Virus record (IMG/VR): IMGVR_UViG_2526164599_000011
Source of the DNA: a virus
Taxonomy: Duplodnaviria; Heunggongvirae; Uroviricota; Caudoviricetes
Reading direction: 5' to 3' (one strand)
Length of the DNA: 34,178 nucleotides
Notes under the pieces: generated by a model
What the model saw: only the letters and a program-made list of their open reading frames with translations
Database searches by the model: none
What the model was told of the DNA's origin: nothing
Shown here: piece by piece, positions 26,438 through 34,178 of the stretch
How the letters are laid out: every line of letters starts with the position of its first letter
Position numbering within the stretch: position 1 is the stretch's first letter
Translations under genes and position numbers: made by a program

Positions 26438-27628
26438 ATGAGCGACTATCATCATGGCGTGCAGGTGCTGGAGATTAACGACGGCACCCGCGTCATTTCC
26501 ACTGTATCCACCGCCATTGTCGGCATGGTCTGCACGGCCAGCGATGCGGATGCGGAAACCTTCCCCCTCAATAAACCGGTGCTGATTACCAATGTGCAGA
26601 GCGCAATTGCAAAGGCTGGTAAAAAAGGCACGCTGGCGGCATCGTTGCAGGCCATCGCTGACCAGTCAAAACCGGTCACCGTTGTTGTGCGTGTGGAAGA
26701 CGGCACCGGCGACGACGAGGAAACGAAACTCGCGCAGACCGTATCCAATATCATCGGCACCACCGACGAAAACGGTCAGTACACCGGACTGAAAGCCCTG
26801 CTGGCGGCGGAGTCGGTAACCGGTGTTAAACCGCGTATTCTCGGCGTGCCGGGGCTGGATACCAAAGAGGTGGCTGTTGCACTGGCATCAGTCTGTCAGA
26901 AGCTGCGCGCTTTCGGGTATATCAGCGCATGGGGCTGTAAAACCATTTCCGAGGTGAAAGCCTACCGCCAGAATTTCAGCCAGCGTGAGCTGATGGTCAT
27001 CTGGCCAGATTTCCTCGCATGGGATACGGTCACCAGTACCACCGCCACCGCGTATGCCACCGCCCGTGCGCTGGGTCTGCGCGCTAAAATCGACCAGGAG
27101 CAGGGCTGGCATAAAACGCTGTCCAATGTCGGGGTAAACGGTGTTACCGGCATCAGTGCCTCTGTATTCTGGGATTTGCAGGAGTCCGGCACCGATGCTG
27201 ACCTGTTGAACGAGTCAGGTGTCACAACGCTGATTCGCCGTGACGGTTTCCGCTTCTGGGGTAACCGTACCTGCTCTGATGACCCGCTGTTCCTCTTTGA
27301 AAACTACACCCGCACCGCGCAGGTGCTGGCCGACACGATGGCTGAGGCGCACATGTGGGCGGTGGACAAGCCCATCACCGCAACGCTGATTCGCGACATC
27401 GTTGACGGCATCAATGCCAAATTCCGTGAGCTGAAAACAAACGGCTATATCGTGGATGCGACCTGCTGGTTCAGCGAAGAATCCAACGATGCGGAAACCC
27501 TCAAGGCCGGAAAACTGTATATCGACTACGACTATACACCGGTGCCTCCTCTTGAAAACCTGACCCTGCGCCAGCGTATTACCGATAAATACCTGGCAAA
27601 TCTGGTCACCTCGGTTAACAGCAATTAA
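26438..27628 (+). CDS. FI: Contractile tail sheath protein (P2 gpFI-like)
   Basis: 396 aa (P2 gpFI 396 aa); SD GGAG upstream; first gene of the FI-FII-E-T-U-D operon. Confidence 0.9.
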   Translation: MSDYHHGVQVLEINDGTRVISTVSTAIVGMVCTASDADAETFPLNKPVLITNVQSAIAKAGKKGTLAASLQAIADQSKPVTVVVRVEDGTGDDEETKLAQTVSNIIGTTDENGQYTGLKALLAAESVTGVKPRILGVPGLDTKEVAVALASVCQKLRAFGYISAWGCKTISEVKAYRQNFSQRELMVIWPDFLAWDTVTSTTATAYATARALGLRAKIDQEQGWHKTLSNVGVNGVTGISASVFWDLQESGTDADLLNESGVTTLIRRDGFRFWGNRTCSDDPLFLFENYTRTAQVLADTMAEAHMWAVDKPITATLIRDIVDGINAKFRELKTNGYIVDATCWFSEESNDAETLKAGKLYIDYDYTPVPPLENLTLRQRITDKYLANLVTSVNSN

Positions 27629-27640
27629 GGAGCCTGACCG

Positions 27641-28159
27641 ATGGCAATGCCGCGCAAACTCAAGTTAATGAACGTCTTTCTGAACGGCTACAGCTATCAG
27701 GGCGTCGCGAAGTCCGTCACGCTACCAAAACTGACCCGTAAGCTCGAAAACTATCGCGGTGCGGGGATGAACGGCAGCGCACCGGTAGACCTCGGCCTTG
27801 ATGACGATGCGCTGTCAATGGAGTGGTCGCTCGGTGGCTTCCCGGATTCGGTTATCTGGGAGCTTTACGCCGCAACCGGTGTGGATGCCGTACCGATTCG
27901 TTTTGCAGGCTCTTACCAGCGCGACGATACCGGCGAAACGGTGGCCGTCGAGGTGGTCATGCGTGGACGTCAGAAAGAAATCGACACCGGCGAGGGCAAA
28001 CAGGGAGAAGACACCGAGTCGAAAATCTCCGTGGTCTGCACCTATTTCCGGCTGACGATGGACGGTAAGGAGCTGGTCGAAATCGACACCATCAACATGA
28101 TTGAGAAGGTGAACGGCGTCGACCGGCTGGAGCAACACCGCCGCAATATCGGCCTGTGA
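27641..28159 (+). CDS. FII: Tail tube protein (P2 gpFII-like)
   Basis: 172 aa (P2 gpFII 172 aa), directly after the sheath gene. Confidence 0.9.
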   Translation: MAMPRKLKLMNVFLNGYSYQGVAKSVTLPKLTRKLENYRGAGMNGSAPVDLGLDDDALSMEWSLGGFPDSVIWELYAATGVDAVPIRFAGSYQRDDTGETVAVEVVMRGRQKEIDTGEGKQGEDTESKISVVCTYFRLTMDGKELVEIDTINMIEKVNGVDRLEQHRRNIGL

Positions 28160-28215
28160 TTTTCATCCGGTCAGCCTGGCTGACCGGTTAACCCCGATTC
28201 AGAAGTGAGAAAACC

Positions 28216-28491
28216 ATGAACAAAGAAAATGTGATTACCCTGGACAATCCGGTCAAGCGTGGTGAGCAGGTTATCGAACAGGTCACGCTGATGAAACCTA
28301 ATGCCGGGACGCTGCGCGGTGTCAGTCTGGCTGCGGTCGCAAACTCCGAAGTCGATGCACTGATTAAGGTGCTGCCGCGCATGACGGCACCGATGCTGAC
28401 CGAGCAGGAGGTCGCCGCGCTGGAACTGCCTGACCTTGTGGCGCTGGCCGGTAAGGTGGTCGGTTTTTTGTCGCCGAACTCGGTGCAGTGA
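28216..28491 (+). CDS. E: Tail assembly chaperone E
   Basis: 91 aa (P2 gpE 91 aa); contains slippery heptamer T TTT TTG at 28464-28470 near its 3' end. Confidence 0.85.
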   Translation: MNKENVITLDNPVKRGEQVIEQVTLMKPNAGTLRGVSLAAVANSEVDALIKVLPRMTAPMLTEQEVAALELPDLVALAGKVVGFLSPNSVQ

Positions 28492-28643
28492 CGTTTCCGA
28501 AAAATCTCTCGGTCGATGACCTGATGGCAGATGTGGCTGTGATATTTCACTGGCCGCCATCAGAACTGTATCCCATGAGTCTGACCGAACTCATCACATG
28601 GCGCGAAAAGGCGCTCCGGCGAAGCGGAAACACGAATGAGTAA
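28216..28643 (+). CDS. E': Tail assembly chaperone E+E' produced by programmed -1 ribosomal frameshift at T TTT TTG (28464-28470)
   Basis: After a -1 shift at 28464-28470 the -1 frame stays open to TAA at 28641-28643, overlapping the T start (ATG 28636). Predicted fusion is about 142 aa, the size of P2 E+E'. Same arrangement as the lambda G/GT frameshift upstream of the tape measure gene. Confidence 0.65.
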
Positions 28644-31083
28644 CAATGTAAAATTACAGGTATTGCTCAGGGCTGTTGACCAGGCATCCCGCCCGTTTAA
28701 ATCCATCCGCACAGCGAGCAAATCGCTGTCGGGGGATATCCGGGAAACACAAAAATCACTGCGCGAGCTGAACGGTCAGGCATCCCGTATTGAGGGATTT
28801 CGCAAGACCAGTGCACAGCTCGCCGTGACTGGTCATGCACTTGAAAAGGCACGGCAGGAGGCCGAAGCCCTTGCCACACAGTTTAAAAACACCGAACGTC
28901 CGACACGTGCTCAGGCGAAAGTGCTGGAATCCGCGAAGCGTGCGGCGGAGGACTTACAGGCGAAATATAACCGCCTGACGGATTCCGTTAAACGCCAGCA
29001 GCGGGAACTGGCCGTTGTGGGAATTAATACCCGCAATCTTGCACATGATGAGCAGGGACTGAAAAACCGTATCAGTGAAACCACCGCACAGCTTAACCGT
29101 CAGCGTGACGCGCTGGCGCGTGTCAGTGCGCAACAGGCAAAACTTAACGCAGTAAAACAGCGTTATCAGGCAGGCAAGGAACTGGCCGGAAATATGGCCT
29201 CAGTGGGCGCTGCCGGTGTGGGGATTGCGGCGGCGGGAACGATGGCCGGAGTTAAGTTGCTGATGCCAGGTTATGAGTTTGCGCAGAAAAACTCAGAATT
29301 GCTGGCCGTGCTCGGAGTGGCAAAAGACTCCGCCGAAATGACCGCACTACGCAAACAGGCGCGCCAGCTCGGCGACAATACCGCCGCCTCGGCGGATGAT
29401 GCGGCCGGTGCACAGATAATCATCGCGAAAGCCGGTGGGGATGTTGATGCCATTCAGGCGGCAACGCCGGTCACGCTGAATATGGCGCTGGCGAACCGCC
29501 GCACGATGGAAGAAAACGCCGCCCTGCTGATGGGGATGAAATCCGCCTTTCAGCTTTCAAACGATAAGGTCGCTCATATCGGGGATGTTCTCTCCATGAC
29601 GATGAACAAAACCGCCGCCGATTTTGACGGCATGAGCGATGCGCTGACCTATGCCGCACCTGTGGCAAAAAATGCCGGTGTCAGCATTGAAGAAACCGCC
29701 GCAATGGTCGGGGCGCTGCATGATGCAAAAATCACAGGCTCAATGGCGGGGACGGGAAGCCGTGCCGTGTTAAGCCGCCTGCAGGCACCGACGGGAAAAG
29801 CGTGGGATGCACTGAAAGAGCTTGGTGTGAAAACCTCAGACAGCAAGGGAAACACCCGACCAGTATTTACCATTCTGAAAGAAATGCAGGCCAGTTTTGA
29901 GAAAAACCGGCTCGGTACTGCCCAGCAGGCAGAATACATGAAAACCATTTTCGGGGAGGAGGCCAGCTCAGCCGCCGCTGTGCTGATGACTGCCGCGTCA
30001 ACCGGAAAGCTGGACAAACTGACCGCTGCGTTTAAAGCCTCAGACGGAAAGACCGCAGAACTGGTAAATATCATGCAGGACAACCTCGGCGGTGACTTTA
30101 AGGAGTTTCAGTCCGCTTATGAGGCGGTGGGGACTGACCTGTTTGACCAGCAGGAAGGCGCACTGCGTAAGCTCACTCAGACGGCCACAAAGTATGTGTT
30201 AAAACTCGACGGCTGGATCCAGAAAAACAAATCACTGGCGTCAACCATCGGCATCATTGCCGGTGGCGCACTGGCGCTGACTGGCATCATCGGTGCCATT
30301 GGTCTTGTAGCCTGGCCGGTTATCACCGGCATCAATGCCATCATCGCGGCAGCAGGCGCAATGGGGGCAATCTTCACGACGGTTGGCAGTGCTGTTATGA
30401 CGGCCATCGGGGCGATTAGCTGGCCGGTTGTGGCCGTGGTGGCCGCCATTGTCGCCGGGGTGTTGCTTATCCGTAAATACTGGGAGCCTGTCAGCGCATT
30501 CTTTGGCGGTGTGGTGGAAGGGCTGAAAGCGGCATTTGCGCCGGTGGGGGAACTGTTCACGCCACTTAAGCCGGTGTTTGACTGGCTGGGCGAAAAGTTA
30601 CAGGCCGCGTGGCAGTGGTTTAAAAACCTGATTGCCCCGGTCAAAGCCACACAGGACACCCTGAACCGTTGCCGTGACACGGGCGTCATGTTCGGGCAGG
30701 CACTGGCTGACGCGCTGATGCTGCCGCTTAATGCGTTCAACAAACTGCGCAGCGGCATTGACTGGGTACTGGAAAAGCTCGGGGTCATCAACAAAGAGTC
30801 AGACACACTTGACCAGACCGCCGCCAGAACTCATGCCGCCACGTATGGCACCGGTGGTTATATTCCGGCGACCAGCTCTTATGCAGGCTATCAGGCTTAT
30901 CAGCCGGTCACGGCACCGGCTGGCCGCTCTTATGTGGACCAGAGTAAAAACGAATATCACATCAGCCTGACGGGTGGTACTGCGCCGGGGACACAGCTTG
31001 ACCGCCAGTTACAGGATGCGCTCGAAAAATACGAGCGGGATAAACGTGCGCGCGCCCGTGCCAGCATGATGCATGACGGTTAA
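28636..31083 (+). CDS. T: Tail tape measure protein (P2 gpT-like)
   Basis: 815 aa (P2 gpT 815 aa); coiled-coil-rich N-terminal part and Gly/Ala-rich hydrophobic segment (IIAGGALALTGIIGAIGLVAWPVITG...). Confidence 0.9.
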   Translation: MSNNVKLQVLLRAVDQASRPFKSIRTASKSLSGDIRETQKSLRELNGQASRIEGFRKTSAQLAVTGHALEKARQEAEALATQFKNTERPTRAQAKVLESAKRAAEDLQAKYNRLTDSVKRQQRELAVVGINTRNLAHDEQGLKNRISETTAQLNRQRDALARVSAQQAKLNAVKQRYQAGKELAGNMASVGAAGVGIAAAGTMAGVKLLMPGYEFAQKNSELLAVLGVAKDSAEMTALRKQARQLGDNTAASADDAAGAQIIIAKAGGDVDAIQAATPVTLNMALANRRTMEENAALLMGMKSAFQLSNDKVAHIGDVLSMTMNKTAADFDGMSDALTYAAPVAKNAGVSIEETAAMVGALHDAKITGSMAGTGSRAVLSRLQAPTGKAWDALKELGVKTSDSKGNTRPVFTILKEMQASFEKNRLGTAQQAEYMKTIFGEEASSAAAVLMTAASTGKLDKLTAAFKASDGKTAELVNIMQDNLGGDFKEFQSAYEAVGTDLFDQQEGALRKLTQTATKYVLKLDGWIQKNKSLASTIGIIAGGALALTGIIGAIGLVAWPVITGINAIIAAAGAMGAIFTTVGSAVMTAIGAISWPVVAVVAAIVAGVLLIRKYWEPVSAFFGGVVEGLKAAFAPVGELFTPLKPVFDWLGEKLQAAWQWFKNLIAPVKATQDTLNRCRDTGVMFGQALADALMLPLNAFNKLRSGIDWVLEKLGVINKESDTLDQTAARTHAATYGTGGYIPATSSYAGYQAYQPVTAPAGRSYVDQSKNEYHISLTGGTAPGTQLDRQLQDALEKYERDKRARARASMMHDG

Positions 31084-31097
31084 GGAGGTGACGAAAA

Positions 31098-31577
31098 ATG
31101 ATGCTCGCGTTAGGTATGTTTGTTTTTATGCGCCAGACGCTGCCACACCAGACCATGCAGCGTGAATCAGATTATCGCTGGCCGTCAAATTCCCGTATCG
31201 GTAAACGGGATGCCTACCAGTTTCTCGGCGTTGGCGAGGAAAACATGACGCTGGCCGGTGTGCTTTATCCCGAACTGACCGGCGGCAAGCTGACGATGAC
31301 CACGCTCAGGCTGATGGCAGAGGAAGGTCGGGCGTGGCCGTTGCTGGATGGCACCGGCATGATTTACGGCATGTATGTCATCAGCAGGGTGAGTGAAACA
31401 GGGAGTATTTTCTTTGCAGACGGCACACCCCGAAAAATTGATTTTACGCTGTCGCTCACCCGCGTTGACGAATCACTGGCCGCGCTTTATGGCGATATCG
31501 GTAAACAGGCGGAATCGCTCATCGGTAAGGCTGGCAGTATGGCGACTAAATTCACAGGTATGACGGGGGCGGGATAA
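31098..31577 (+). CDS. U: Tail protein U
   Basis: 159 aa (P2 gpU 159 aa); SD AGGAGGTG upstream. Confidence 0.85.
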   Translation: MMLALGMFVFMRQTLPHQTMQRESDYRWPSNSRIGKRDAYQFLGVGEENMTLAGVLYPELTGGKLTMTTLRLMAEEGRAWPLLDGTGMIYGMYVISRVSETGSIFFADGTPRKIDFTLSLTRVDESLAALYGDIGKQAESLIGKAGSMATKFTGMTGAG

Positions 31578-32740
31578 TGCTGGATGCACTGACATTTGAT
31601 GCAGGCAGTACGCTGACGCCGGATTACATGCTGATGCTCGACAGCAGGGATATTACCGGCAATATCAGCGACCGTCTAATGAGCATGACTCTGACGGATA
31701 ACCGGGGCTTTGAGGCTGACCAGCTTGATATTGAACTGAACGATGCCGACGGGCAGGTCGGGCTGCCGATTCGTGGCGCTGTCCTGACGGTGTATATCGG
31801 CTGGAAAGGTTTTGCCCTGGTATGCAAAGGGAAATTTACCGTTGATGAGGTTGAACACCGGGGCGCGCCGGATGTGGTCACCATCCGCGCCCGGAGTGCA
31901 GATTTTCGCGGGACGCTCAATTCCCGCCGTGAAGGCTCCTGGCATGACACCACGCTCGGTGCGATTGTTGAGGCAATAGCCTCCCGTAACAGGCTGGAAG
32001 CCAGTGTCGCGCCGTCACTGGCCGGAATTAAAATCCCGCACATCGACCAGTCGCAGGAGTCTGATGCAAAATTCCTGACCCGCCTTGCTGAACGCAACGG
32101 CGGTGAGGTGTCGGTAAAAATGGGAAAATTGTTGTTTCTCAAAGCGGGGCAGGGGGTGACGGCCAGCGGTAAAAAAATCCAGCAGGTCACCATCACCCGC
32201 AGCGACGGCGACCGTCATCATTTTGCGATTGCTGACCGTGGAGCCTACACCGGCGTAACGGCAAAGTGGTTACACACCAAAGACCCGAAGCCGCAAAAGC
32301 AGAAGGTAAAACTGAAACGCAAAAAGAAAGAGAAACACCTGCGCGCACTGGAGCACCCGAAAGCGAAACCGGTCAGGCAGAAGAAAGCGCCAAAAGTACC
32401 GGAAGCGCGCGAAGGTGAATACATGGCCGGTGAGGCTGACAACGTTTTTGCCCTGACCACGGTATATGCCACGAAAGCACAGGCCATGCGCGCCGCTCAG
32501 GCTAAGTGGGATAAACTGCAACGGAGTGTAGCAGAGTTCTCCATCAGCCTGGCTACCGGTCGGGCCGATATTTACACGGAAACACCGGTTAAAGTGTCAG
32601 GCTTTAAGCGCGTCATAGACGAGCAGGACTGGACAATCACTAAGGTGACACATTTTCTTAATAATAGCGGCTTCACGACGTCCTTAGATCTTGAGGTCAG
32701 GCTTTCTGATGTGGAGTACGAAACAGAAGATGATGAGTGA
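31577..32740 (+). CDS. D: Tail protein D (late control gene D)
   Basis: 387 aa (P2 gpD 387 aa); start overlaps the U stop (TAATG at 31575-31579). Confidence 0.85.
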   Translation: MLDALTFDAGSTLTPDYMLMLDSRDITGNISDRLMSMTLTDNRGFEADQLDIELNDADGQVGLPIRGAVLTVYIGWKGFALVCKGKFTVDEVEHRGAPDVVTIRARSADFRGTLNSRREGSWHDTTLGAIVEAIASRNRLEASVAPSLAGIKIPHIDQSQESDAKFLTRLAERNGGEVSVKMGKLLFLKAGQGVTASGKKIQQVTITRSDGDRHHFAIADRGAYTGVTAKWLHTKDPKPQKQKVKLKRKKKEKHLRALEHPKAKPVRQKKAPKVPEAREGEYMAGEADNVFALTTVYATKAQAMRAAQAKWDKLQRSVAEFSISLATGRADIYTETPVKVSGFKRVIDEQDWTITKVTHFLNNSGFTTSLDLEVRLSDVEYETEDDE

Positions 32741-32821
32741 TGTTTTTATTTTATCTGTTTGTTTTGTAAGGATAAATTAACTAAAATGACACCATCAACA
32801 AAACCGGAAGAGGTGCTCGCG

Positions 32822-33040
32822 ATGTTTCATTGTCCTTTATGCCAGCATGCCGCACATGCGCGTACAAGCCGCTATATCACTGACACGACAAAAGAGCGTT
32901 ATCACCAGTGTCAGAACGTGAATTGCAGCGCCACGTTCATCACTTATGAGTCGGTGCAGCGATACATCGTGAAGCCGGGAGAAGTCCACGCCGTAAGGCC
33001 GCACCCGTTGCCGTCAGGACAGCAAATTATGTGGATGTGA
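32822..33040 (+). CDS. ogr: Ogr late-gene transcriptional activator (zinc-finger protein)
   Basis: 72 aa from ATG 32822 (P2 Ogr 72 aa): MFHCPLCQHAAHARTSRYITDTTKERYHQCQNVNCSATF... with the CxxC...CxxxxC zinc-binding arrangement; located at the prophage end opposite int. Confidence 0.9.
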   Translation: MFHCPLCQHAAHARTSRYITDTTKERYHQCQNVNCSATFITYESVQRYIVKPGEVHAVRPHPLPSGQQIMWM

Positions 33041-33051
33041 TCACAAAAATA

Positions 33052-33076
33052 GCCCCTCAGTTGAGGGGCTTTATTT
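33052..33076 (+). terminator. Rho-independent terminator after ogr
   Basis: GCCCCTC-AGTT-GAGGGGC hairpin (33052-33069) followed by TTTATTT. Confidence 0.7.
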
Positions 33077-33168
33077 ATGGTCGATGTGGACGCTATGTGG
33101 ACAGAGTTTGATATAAATCCATTTATATCATCAGGTTAGGTGCTTTTTTTTGACACCATCCCTGTCTT

Positions 33169-33194
33169 CCCCCACATGATGTGGGGTTTTTTTT
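33169..33194 (+). terminator. Rho-independent terminator in the prophage-host junction region
   Basis: Near-perfect palindrome CCCCACAT-G-ATGTGGGG (33170-33186) followed by eight T residues (33187-33194). Confidence 0.7.
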
Positions 33195-33275
33195 ATCCTC
33201 AATTTGCCTGCTGCTTAATGCATTGCAGATGATTTGCTTCCGTTATACTAGCGTCAGTTGATAGCGGGAGTATTT

Positions 33276-34178
33276 ATGAATCAATCTTATGGACGGCTGG
33301 TCAGTCGGGCGGCGATTGCTGCGACGGCGATGGCTTCGTTGCTATTGCTGATTAAAATTTTTGCATGGTGGTATACCGGGTCGGTGAGTATTCTCGCCGC
33401 GCTGGTGGATTCGCTGGTGGATATCGGCGCGTCGTTGACGAATTTATTGGTGGTGCGATATTCCCTGCAACCTGCCGACGATAATCACTCGTTTGGTCAC
33501 GGTAAAGCTGAGTCCCTCGCGGCGCTGGCGCAAAGTATGTTTATCTCCGGTTCGGCACTATTCCTGTTTTTGACGGGTATTCAACATCTGATATCTCCAA
33601 CACCGATGACAGATCCAGGCGTCGGGGTTATCGTGACAATTGTGGCGCTAATTTGTACGATTATCCTTGTCTCGTTTCAGCGTTGGGTGGTGCGGCGGAC
33701 GCAAAGCCAGGCGGTGCGGGCTGATATGCTACATTACCAGTCTGATGTTATGATGAACGGCGCAATTCTGCTGGCGCTGGGGTTGTCCTGGTACGGCTGG
33801 CATCGCGCCGATGCTCTGTTTGCATTGGGAATCGGCATCTATATTTTATATAGCGCGTTACGCATGGGATATGAGGCGGTACAGTCATTACTGGATCGCG
33901 CATTGCCTGATGAGGAACGGCAAGAAATTATTGATATCGTGACTTCCTGGCCGGGTGTTAGCGGCGCTCACGATCTTCGCACGCGGCAGTCAGGGCCGAC
34001 CCGCTTTATTCAGATTCATTTGGAAATGGAAGACTCTCTGCCTTTGGTTCAGGCACATATGGTGGCGGATCAGGTAGAGCAGGCTATTTTACGGCGTTTT
34101 CCGGGATCGGATGTAATTATCCATCAGGACCCCTGTTCCGTCGTACCCAGGGAGGGTAAACGGTCTATGCTTTCATAA
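33276..34178 (+). CDS. fieF: Cation-efflux pump FieF (YiiP), cation diffusion facilitator family; host gene
   Basis: 300 aa from ATG 33276 with SD GGGAG; sequence [54 protein letters not shown]... is recognisable as enterobacterial FieF; GC and codon usage differ from the adjacent cargo regions. Confidence 0.9.

Noticed and set aside
31624-32196. 190-aa minus-strand ORF inside tail gene D, and similar antisense ORFs in T (29649-30083, 30177-30806)
   Set aside because: Antisense to well-supported late tail genes whose lengths match P2; no start signals; shadow ORFs.
33041-33275. Assigning an exact attR core from memory of the P2 att core
   Set aside because: The P2 core as I recall it is not present; the attachment core cannot be defined without an empty-site comparison.
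1-34178. CRISPR arrays, tRNA, tmRNA or rRNA genes
   Set aside because: No regularly spaced direct repeats and no tRNA-like cloverleaf candidates were seen by eye; not exhaustively scanned, but nothing supports a call.

Overview
Almost the whole window (1 to about 33.2 kb) is a P2-like (Peduovirus-type) prophage; the last ~0.9 kb is the host cation-efflux gene fieF. Gene order and product lengths follow the P2 map: int-C / cox-B-four small ORFs-A (lysogeny and replication), a variable AT-rich cargo locus, cos, Q-P leftward and O-N-M-L rightward (packaging and head), X-Y-K-lysA-lysB-lysC (lysis), R-S-V-W-J-I-H-G (tail completion, baseplate, fibre), a second variable cargo locus, FI-FII-E/E'-T-U-D (sheath, tube, tape measure), then ogr. 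Three things stand out. (1) The locus between A and cos, where P2 carries old/tin, holds an AT-rich three-gene cassette: a C5 cytosine methyltransferase convergent with a two-gene operon (ParB/Srx-like protein plus a 331-aa protein of unrecognised family). This is the best candidate for an undescribed defence or restriction-modification-like system. (2) The locus between G and FI, where P2 carries Z/fun, holds one AT-rich 299-aa gene of unrecognised family. (3) The tail fibre gene H is split by a complete IS2 with a 5-bp target-site duplication, so the prophage is probably defective for infective particle production while keeping its cargo. All calls rest on reading the sequence and on recalled family features; no database search or computation was run.
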